This document shows, in pieces, positions 38,110 to 47,848 of a stretch of 47,848 bases of DNA (the first letter of the stretch is position 1; each line of letters begins with the position of its first letter). The notes below the pieces were generated by a model. It did no database searches. It saw nothing but the letters and a program-made list of their open reading frames with translations, and was not told the origin of the DNA. The DNA comes from Candidatus Eiseniibacteriota bacterium (lineage in GTDB: Bacteria > Eisenbacteria > RBG-16-71-46), in assembly GCA_038231135.1 (NCBI GenBank), contig JBBRLX010000033.1:1-47848 (forward strand). Reading direction: 5' to 3'. Made by a program: the position numbers and the translations under genes.

Positions 38110-40596
38110 TTATCCGGCCCCGTTCTCCTCGGGGATCGCTTCGCTGTCCTCGCCCACCACGCGCGTCACGCCGGCGACCGTGTCGGGCAGCAACTGGCCC
38201 TCCTCGGGCTTGAGATCGACGAGGCGCACGCCCTGCGTGTTGCGCCCGATCACCGAGATCCCCGCGACCGGCATGCGGATCATCTGGCCGGACTTGGTAA
38301 TGATCATCAACTCGTCGCCGTCGACGACCTCCTTCACCGCCACGATCTGCCCGTTGCGGTCGGTCGTCTTGATCGTGATGATGCCCTTGCCGCCGCGGTG
38401 CGACACGCGGTACTCGGAGATCTCGCTGCGCTTGCCGTAACCGTGCTCGGTCACCGCGAGCAGCGTGGCCTGGCGCTTCACGCCCACCATGCTCACGACT
38501 TCGTCCTCGGCGTCGTCGAGCGTCACGGCCTTGACGCCGTACGAGGTGCGGCCCATCGCGCGCACTTCGTTCTCGTGGAACCGGATCGCGAGCCCCTTCT
38601 TCTTGGCGAGAATGATGTCCTGCGTGCCGTCGGTGATCGACGCCTCGATCAGCGCGTCACCGTCCTCGAGCAGGATCGCGTTGATGCCGGCGCGGCGCAC
38701 GTTGCCGTAGGCCGACAGCAGCGTCTTCTTGATCAGCCCCTTGCGCGTGGCGCACACCAGGAAGTGCTGGTCGTCGAACGACTTCACGGCCACCACCGCC
38801 TGCATGCGTTCGTCGCGGCTCATGCCTTCGAGGTGATTGACCAGCGGCCGGCCCTTCGCCATGCGCCCGGCCTGCTCGATCTCGTGCACCTTGAGCCAGT
38901 AGCAGCGGCCCTTGTCGGTCAGGAACAGCAGATAGGCGTGCGTGTTCGCGACGAACAGGTGCTCGATGAAGTCCTCGTCCTTCGTGCGCGCCCCGATCAC
39001 GCCCTTGCCGCCGCGGCGCTGCGAGCGGTACGCCGACACCTCCTGGCGCTTGATGTAGCCGGCGTGCGACACGGTGATCACCATGTCCTTCTGCTCGATG
39101 GTGTCCTCGTAGTCGATGTCGCCTTCCTCGGCCACGATCTGCGTGCGGCGCTCGTCGCCGTAGCGGTCCCGCAGGCGGCGCACCTCGGTCTGGATGATCT
39201 CGAGCATCTTCTTCGGGCTGGCGAGAATGCTGCGCAGTTGCTCGATCAGCTTGATGACCTCGAGGTACTCCTGCTCGATCTTCGTGCGCTCGAGCCCGGT
39301 GAGGCGCTGCAGGCGCATCTCGAGGATGGCGTTGGCCTGGATCTCGCTGAGCTTGAACGTCGCGATGAGTCCGGTGCGGGCCGTCTCGACGTCCTTCGCG
39401 GCCCGGATCAGCGCGATCACCTGGTCGAGGTGGTCGAGCGCGATCTTGAGGCCCTCGAGGATGTGCGCGCGGCGCTCGGCCTCGGCCAGCTCGAACTCGG
39501 TGCGGCGGCGCACCACGATCTGGCGATGCTCCACGTACTGATCGATCACGGCCCGCAGATTCAGCACCTGCGGCCGGTTCTTGACCAGGCCCAGCATGAT
39601 CGCGCCGAACGTGGTCTGGAGCGGGGTGTGCACGAACAACGCGTTCAGCACGACCTTGGGATTCGCGTCCTTGCGCAGCTCGATCACCACGCGCATGCCG
39701 TCGCGGTCGGACTCGTCGCGCAGGTCGCTGATGCCGACCACGCGGCCCTCGCGCACCAGGTCCGCGATCTTCTCGAGCAGGTTCGACTTGTTGACCTGGA
39801 ACGGGATCTCGGTGGCGACGAGGCTCATGCGGCCGCCGCGGCCCTCCTCGACCTGCACCTTCGCGCGCATCTTGATGAGCCCGCGGCCGGTGTTGTAGCA
39901 GTCGGTGATGCCCTGCGTGCCGTAGATGATGCCGCCGGTCGGGAAGTCCGGGCCCTTCACGATTTTCGCCAGCTCGGCGATCGTCGTCTCAGGAGCGTCG
40001 ATTACCTTCACGATCGCGTCGCACACCTCGGTGAGGTTGTGCGGCGGCACCTCGGTGGCCATGCCGACCGCGATGCCCGAACTGCCGTTGATGAGCAGGT
40101 TCGGCACCACGCCGGGCAGTACGGTCGGCTCCTCGCGCGTCTCGTCGTAGTTGGCGCGGAAGTCGACGGTGTCCTTCTCCAGGTCCGCGAGCATCTCCAT
40201 CGCGATCGGCGTGAGGCGCGCCTCGGTGTACCGCATGGCCGCCGGCGAGTCGCCGTCGATCGAGCCGAAATTACCCTGCCCGTCGACGAGCGGATACCGC
40301 ATCACCCACGGCTGCGCCATGCGCACCAGCGTGGGATACACCACCTGCTCGCCGTGCGGGTGATAGTTGCCGGAGGTGTCGCCGGCGATCTTCGCGCACT
40401 TGCGATACGGCCGGCCGGGCGCGAGGTTCAGGTCGTTCATCGCCACCAGGATCCGGCGCTGCGACGGCTTCAAGCCGTCGCGCACGTCGGGAAGCGCGCG
40501 CGAGACGATGACCGACATCGAGTAGTCGATGTAGCTGGTCTTCATCTCGGCTTCGATGTTCGTGATGACGACGCGCGTACGATCGTTCAGTGACAT
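38110..40596 (-). CDS. gyrA: DNA gyrase subunit A
   Basis: [24 protein letters not shown], GyrA-box QRRGGKG. Confidence 0.98.
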   Translation of the reverse strand: MSLNDRTRVVITNIEAEMKTSYIDYSMSVIVSRALPDVRDGLKPSQRRILVAMNDLNLAPGRPYRKCAKIAGDTSGNYHPHGEQVVYPTLVRMAQPWVMRYPLVDGQGNFGSIDGDSPAAMRYTEARLTPIAMEMLADLEKDTVDFRANYDETREEPTVLPGVVPNLLINGSSGIAVGMATEVPPHNLTEVCDAIVKVIDAPETTIAELAKIVKGPDFPTGGIIYGTQGITDCYNTGRGLIKMRAKVQVEEGRGGRMSLVATEIPFQVNKSNLLEKIADLVREGRVVGISDLRDESDRDGMRVVIELRKDANPKVVLNALFVHTPLQTTFGAIMLGLVKNRPQVLNLRAVIDQYVEHRQIVVRRRTEFELAEAERRAHILEGLKIALDHLDQVIALIRAAKDVETARTGLIATFKLSEIQANAILEMRLQRLTGLERTKIEQEYLEVIKLIEQLRSILASPKKMLEIIQTEVRRLRDRYGDERRTQIVAEEGDIDYEDTIEQKDMVITVSHAGYIKRQEVSAYRSQRRGGKGVIGARTKDEDFIEHLFVANTHAYLLFLTDKGRCYWLKVHEIEQAGRMAKGRPLVNHLEGMSRDERMQAVVAVKSFDDQHFLVCATRKGLIKKTLLSAYGNVRRAGINAILLEDGDALIEASITDGTQDIILAKKKGLAIRFHENEVRAMGRTSYGVKAVTLDDAEDEVVSMVGVKRQATLLAVTEHGYGKRSEISEYRVSHRGGKGIITIKTTDRNGQIVAVKEVVDGDELMIITKSGQMIRMPVAGISVIGRNTQGVRLVDLKPEEGQLLPDTVAGVTRVVGEDSEAIPEENGAG

Positions 40597-40614
40597 GGGC
40601 TCGATTCTCGCGGT

Positions 40615-41222
40615 CTAGTGAGTGGCGGGGCGGGGCGTCCGCGGACCCAGCGGCGCCTTGGGCGCCCAGCTCAGGTCGACGGTCGCGCTGACGAAGTGTT
40701 TCTGTCGCGAATCCAGCAGCTCGTGATACCGCACCGCAGCGCCGAACCCGGTGGACGGGAACAACCGGTGGCTCAGGCCCGCGCCCACGCTGAGGCCGAG
40801 CGCGCTGACCGACCGCTCGATGCTGCCTTCGTGATCGTCCTGCACCCGGTAGTACCCCCAGGTGGTGCCCACCCGGCTGTGCCAGGCGTGCCACTCGCCG
40901 AGCGGCAGGTCGAGGCGCCACGCGCCGCCGAACACGTACCGGTGGGTGAGTGCCGTGGTGCCGAGATCGGTGCCGTTGTTGGGGTCGCGTAGCCGGCCGA
41001 CCGTGGTGCCGAGGTCGTAGGCGAACGCCATCGGCCCGAACTCGATCGGCCCCTTGTTCCACAGGGCGGACAGTTCGGCGGCGGCGCCCGACTGCTTGGG
41101 CCCGTCCGACGACCCGCCGGTCACGCCGAACCCGAGCACGACGCGCGGATCGGCATGGACGCACGCGGCCGCCGGGCCGAGTGCCAGGGCGATGACCAGG
41201 CTGGCGAGCGGCCGGGCTCGCA

Positions 41223-41223
<1 letters not shown>
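40615..41223 (-). CDS. Putative exported beta-barrel protein between gyrB and gyrA
   Basis: Signal peptide, alternating amphipathic strands; start overlaps the gyrB stop (TGATG). Confidence 0.7.
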
Positions 41224-43467
<2,244 letters not shown>

Positions 43468-43471
<4 letters not shown>

Positions 43472-44616
43472 CCGGCCGCGTCGGCGAGCCGGAGCGGCAT
43501 GATCAGGCACAGGATTTCCTCGTCCTGCTGCGGGAGCGCACCGGTCGGCTCGATCACGCCCGCGGACAGCGGGGTGTTGAGCCGGAACGTCACCTGCTCG
43601 GTGGGAATGCTTTTGAGGATCTCGAGCAAATAACCGGCGTTGTAGCCGATTTCCATCGGCTCGTCGGTGTACTCGGCGTCGATGTTATGCTCGCCGGCGC
43701 CGAGTTCGGTGGCCGACGACACGCCGAGCTTGCCAGCGCTCACGGAGAACCGAACCTGGCGGGTGACGTTATCCGCGTGCGAGGCGACGATGTCGACGGC
43801 TTCCAAGAGATCCGTCCGCGGCACCGTAAGCTGCCGGGGATTGTTCTTGGGAATCACCTGCTCGTAGTTCGGATACGGCCCCTCGAGCAGCCGGGTGATG
43901 ATCTGCACCTGGTACTCCCCGACCTGCATGCTGAATCCGGCCTGATTGCGGCCGGCGGCGATGCGGATCTCGACCGGGCTCGTGGCGTCCTGCGCGGTAC
44001 GGCTGACGGCGTGGATCGCGCGGGACGGCACGATCACGCCGTCCTTGTTCAGTCCTTCGAACCTACCCTTGCGCGACGCCTTGGCGAGGCGATGGCCATC
44101 GGTGGCGACGAACACCACGACTGAATCGCCGCCCTGCAGCAGCACGCCGTTGAGCTGCGGGCGGGTTTCTTCGTTGGACGTCGCGTAACTGCTGCGCTCG
44201 ACCAGTCGCGCCAGCGCATCGGCCTCGAGGGTCAGCGTCGCCTCGGCCTGGAGATCGGGAATCCGTGGGAAGTCGGCCGGATCCTGGGTCGGGAACTTGG
44301 ACCAGCCCTTGCCGTCGCCGTACCGGACTTCGCACTGATTCTTCTTCACCGCGAGCGTGAGCCGGCCGCGCGACATCTTGCGGACCACATCGTTGAAGTG
44401 CCGGGCCGAAACCGCCGCGCGTCCGGGGGTGGTCACCGTGCACGGCACCCGGACCGACGTGGTGACGTCGAGATCGGTGCCGGTGATGGCGAGGGTGCCG
44501 TCGGCCGCCTCGAGCAGCACGCAGCTAAGCAACGGCAGGGGACTGCGGTTGGACACCGAGCCCAGGGCGCGACCCACGGCGAACGCCAGGTCGCCCTGCT
44601 GGATGGTCAATTCCAT
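43468..44616 (-). CDS. dnaN: DNA polymerase III beta sliding clamp
   Basis: TGTDLD, ATDGHRLA, RLLEGPYPNYEQVIP, IGYNAGYL, LIMPLRL. Confidence 0.97.
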
Positions 44617-44749
44617 TCGGTCACTCCCAAGCACGCTGGAAGCCGATGACTGGCCTGTAGTTCCGGGGGTCGTGGCATCGGTAGCGGGAGTCATGAGTGT
44701 TCTGTGCCGCATCATAGGGGTCACCCCCCATGGCTGCAAGCACTTTCCT

Positions 44750-44966
44750 CCCTTCTAAGTCATTGAATTATAATAAGAAAGAGACTAGTAACCGTAGGGG
44801 ACCATGAAGATGTGGATCGGGGTCCAATCGTACTTAGAAGACATTGTGCCCCAAACGGTTACCTCCGTGCAACCGGCTGGGGACAAGCCGGGGGGTTATC
44901 CACGCCCCTCCCGACCCGGGGATGAGCGGGGATTCTGTCCCCACCCATCCACCTGTTATTCACATC
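44750..44966. other. oriC core: DnaA-box cluster, AT-rich unwinding element, trio-like tract
   Basis: TTATTCACA 44956, TTATCCACG 44896, TGGGGACAA 44878, TGTGGATCG 44811; AT-rich 44753-44790; located between dnaA and dnaN. Confidence 0.8.
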
Positions 44967-46364
44967 TCATCCCGATGCCAGCGTTGAAATCAGACCGTTC
45001 ACCTTGTCGGCAAACGTGATGTCCGTGGTCATCATGCCACCGATCTTTTCACACGCGTACATCACGGTGGTGTGATCGCGGCCACCGAAGACGCGGCCGA
45101 TTTCGACGAGCGACAGGTCCGTGATCTGGCGCATGAGGTACATCGCGACCTGGCGCGGCAGCGCCACGTTGCGCGTCCGGCGCTGCCCGCACAAGGCATC
45201 CGTCTTCACGCCGAACCGTTCCGCCACCACCGTCACCACCCGCTCCGGCGTGAGCGTGTCGGGTTCGGGGTTGACGTAGTGCAGCAGCACTTCCTCGGCC
45301 AGCTCGGGGGTGACCTCGTGATGCGATAACGAGGCCACGGCGAGCAGGCGCACGAGACAGCCCTCGAGATCGCGGATGTTGTTGCGGATGCGGTCCGCGA
45401 TCAGCAGCAGCACGTCGTCGGGAATCTTGAGCGAATCACCTTCGACCGCACACCGATTGCGCAGGATCGCGATCCGGGTCTCCAGATCGGGCTGCTTGAT
45501 GTCGGTGACCAATCCCTGGTTGAACCTCGACGTGAGCCGCTCCTCGAGCATCGGGATGTCCTTGGGCGGCTTGTCGGCGGTCACGACGACCTGCCGGTGG
45601 GCGTCCCTGAGGGCGTTGAACGTGTAGAAGAACTCCTCCTGCGTACTCTCCTTGCCGGCCAGGAACTGGATGTCGTCGATCAGCAGCAGGTCCACGTTGC
45701 GGTACTTGTTCCGGAACGCCAGCGTCTGGGCGTGCTGGATGGCATAGATCATCTCGTTCGTGAAGCGCTCGGCCGACACGTAGCACACCCGCGCGTCGGG
45801 CCGGGCGTTGCGAACGGAGTGACCGATGGCGTGCAGCAGGTGCGTCTTGCCGAGGCCCGAACCGCCGAACACGAACAGCGGGTTGTAGACGATGCCCGGA
45901 TTCTGGGCGACGGCGAGACACGCTGCATGGGTGAAGCGGTTGCTGCTGCCCACGACGAACGTCTCGAACGTGAGGCGGGGATTGAGCTGGCTCTCGACGG
46001 CAGTGGTCGATGGCGGCGCGGGGGCCGCGGAAGAGGTGGGGGTCGGCCCCGGGCCCGGCCGGGGTCGGTCGCGAGGCAGCTCGACCGGCATCGTCCGTTC
46101 GCGCGCCGACAATCGGACCTCGGGCTCAAAGCCGAGCACGTCGGTCAGGGTCTGGCGCAGCATGGACAGGTGATGTTCGTGGATCCAGTCCACGAAAAAC
46201 GCGTTGGGAACCTGCAACTCGACGGTTTGGGAGCTGATCTCGAGCGGTTCGATCGGCTTGAACCAGGTGTCGAACGCCTGTGGATTGTCGAGGCGATCGC
46301 GCACGTTCTCGAGGACCTGCTGCCAGAGACGGCTCGTCTGTTCTGGGTGCGTAGGGACGGCCAT
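44967..46364 (-). CDS. dnaA: Chromosomal replication initiator DnaA
   Basis: YNPLFVFGGSGLGKTHL, LLIDDIQF, QEEFFYTFN, RQVAMYL, GGRDHTTV. Confidence 0.98.
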   Translation of the reverse strand: MAVPTHPEQTSRLWQQVLENVRDRLDNPQAFDTWFKPIEPLEISSQTVELQVPNAFFVDWIHEHHLSMLRQTLTDVLGFEPEVRLSARERTMPVELPRDRPRPGPGPTPTSSAAPAPPSTTAVESQLNPRLTFETFVVGSSNRFTHAACLAVAQNPGIVYNPLFVFGGSGLGKTHLLHAIGHSVRNARPDARVCYVSAERFTNEMIYAIQHAQTLAFRNKYRNVDLLLIDDIQFLAGKESTQEEFFYTFNALRDAHRQVVVTADKPPKDIPMLEERLTSRFNQGLVTDIKQPDLETRIAILRNRCAVEGDSLKIPDDVLLLIADRIRNNIRDLEGCLVRLLAVASLSHHEVTPELAEEVLLHYVNPEPDTLTPERVVTVVAERFGVKTDALCGQRRTRNVALPRQVAMYLMRQITDLSLVEIGRVFGGRDHTTVMYACEKIGGMMTTDITFADKVNGLISTLASG

Positions 46365-46395
46365 TTCAACGGTCCTTGCTGAATGGGTCCTGAAA

Positions 46396-46574
46396 GTTTC
46401 CACACGTGCCGGCGTGAAGGGATCGCCGCGCCAGATGCGGGCTTGAACTTCGTGGCAGGGGGCATGTGGACGATCAAACCCGGTGTTATCCACAACCGGG
46501 GCAGAACCCTCAAGCGCTTGTGGCGACTGCGCTTGAAGTGCTTGTCGGAGGCCTCCTTCCACAGTGAATCCACA
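46396..46574. promoter_or_regulatory. DnaA-box cluster upstream of dnaA
   Basis: TTATCCACA 46486-46494 (perfect), GTTTCCACA 46396, TGTGGACGA 46465, CCTTCCACA 46555, GAATCCACA 46566. Confidence 0.8.
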
Positions 46575-46851
46575 TTGGCAGGATACAAGTCCGGGACCCG
46601 GCGAAATCTCCTGGTGAACGCAGCGTTCCCAGGCGATTCCCGGTCCGAAAGTCCTTGAAATGTTTAGGGTTTGCCGTTTGGGCCCGGAAGACCTGAAACA
46701 CGGGCCGGCCGGGGGGTTCGTAGGCTAGCACCGGGTGGGGGGGAGGACAAGGTGCGAGTATGGAGTGGTGAGATTGCCCATAACAGATTGAACGACCATC
46801 GCTTGTACGGATCGACTGGAGCCCCGAATGGGCGTTCTGTGAGGGCCGAAG

Positions 46852-47505
46852 TCAGAACGGAAAATTGGCCCCGGCGGCGACCTTGAAATGATCCGTAAAA
46901 GCGTTGCCCGGAAGCAATTGAACTTCGAACAGGAAACGGACCGCCGGGCGGACCTCGAGTTCGGTGCCCAGGCGGATCGGAACGGACAGGTCGGTATTCG
47001 ATTCGCCGAGCACGCTGCTTTTGGCGATCGAGATCAGGGCGCCCAGGTAGGGTCTGAGCACTGCGGAATCGCTCAACCGGTAGCTGCGGCTCACCACGCC
47101 CTCGGGCGCGATCGTGAGGACGCTGTACTGGTCGCTGGTCTCGACGCCGATCGCGCCGCCGACCGCCACGGTATAGGGCCGCTCCGGTGTGGCCTCCACG
47201 ATCGCGGTGCGGACGTCCGTGCCCAGCCGCACGGTGGTCCGGTCGCCGGTCGACGGCGACAGCCGCGTCAGACCGAGCTGGAAGCCGAAATCGATCCCCG
47301 GGAAGAAGCTCAGCCGCAACTGGCTCGTCGCCCCGAGCAGGTGGTCGCTGGTCTCGACGTACGCGCCGAAGCTGCGACCGTTGACGGGCAGCGTCTCGGC
47401 GCCGCCGTACTGGCCGAAGATCTGAGCGGCCGCGGGATGCGCGACGACGATGAGCGCCGCGGCAAGCATGCAGGCGAGGGGGCGAATCCGGATCCGGTGC
47501 GTCAC
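46852..47505 (-). CDS. Putative outer-membrane beta-barrel protein
   Basis: SD GGAGG, GTG start, signal peptide AAA-Q, LRPYLG, C-terminal Phe (GANFPF). Confidence 0.75.
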   Translation of the reverse strand: MTHRIRIRPLACMLAAALIVVAHPAAAQIFGQYGGAETLPVNGRSFGAYVETSDHLLGATSQLRLSFFPGIDFGFQLGLTRLSPSTGDRTTVRLGTDVRTAIVEATPERPYTVAVGGAIGVETSDQYSVLTIAPEGVVSRSYRLSDSAVLRPYLGALISIAKSSVLGESNTDLSVPIRLGTELEVRPAVRFLFEVQLLPGNAFTDHFKVAAGANFPF

Positions 47506-47593
47506 GACCTACCTCCTGGGAGTTGTCGACCGCGGGGAGTTGCGAGCCACCGTCGCAAATCGCGCCGGTCGCGGCAAGGGCAGTTGGGGCGAC

Positions 47594-47848
47594 TGTGCCC
47601 CCGCAGTGATTCTGTCACCCCCTAACTCCGCAGTGAGAGTGTCACCCCCATGGACGACACACTCATGGGACTACGGGATGCCCGGCGGCTGGGTCTGGTC
47701 GAAGCCACACGACGAGGAGACACGACGAACCGCAAGGCGGCGCAGGCGCTGGGGCTGAGCATCCGGCAGTTCCAGCGGCTGAAGCTCCGGGTCGATGCCC
47801 GGGGCGCTGTGGGCCTGCGACACGGCAACCTGGGACGCACGTCGACGC
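47594..47848 (+). mobile_element. IS1202/ISNCY-like insertion sequence, left end and transposase N-terminus (ATG 47650, truncated by window)
   Basis: Begins TGT; repeated CGCAGTGA-N3-TGTCACCCC at 47602 and 47629; ORF MDDTLMGLRDARRLGLV...AAQALGLSIRQFQRL...GLRHGNLGR (HTH plus HGNxGR). Confidence 0.8.

Noticed and set aside
47560..47596. XerC/D (xrs/dif) target next to the IS1202-like end
   Set aside because: The flank is GC-rich with no TTATGTTAAAT-like arm.

Overview
High-GC (about 70%) bacterial chromosomal segment containing the replication origin region. On the minus strand it reads dnaA-[oriC]-dnaN-dciA(DUF721)-gyrB-(beta-barrel gene)-gyrA-rex. It also carries groES-groEL, efp, a long GreA-domain protein, a Gln-dependent nadE, two ABC-2 transporter pairs, corA, an HDAC-family deacetylase, thioredoxin and peroxiredoxin genes, and several lipoproteins and outer-membrane proteins, so the organism is a diderm. 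The window starts inside an IS5-family transposase and ends inside an IS1202/ISNCY-like transposase. I found no rRNA, tRNA or CRISPR array. The most unusual item is a Rho homologue with a fully intact ATPase/translocase core but no recognisable N-terminal RNA-binding (OB-fold) domain. An Arg/Pro/Gln-rich tail replaces that domain, and the gene follows a ~620-nt ORF-free, densely base-paired leader. Other candidate structured RNAs are an orphan ~290-nt RNA with its own promoter at 31.0-31.3 kb, a kink-turn/anti-SD leader at 2.2 kb, a sigma54-type transcript before nadE, and a loop-loop element at 35.4 kb. A degenerate sigma54 activator and an EF-P with a PGNLR loop are also present. All RNA structures were folded by eye in GC-rich DNA and need covariation or expression evidence.
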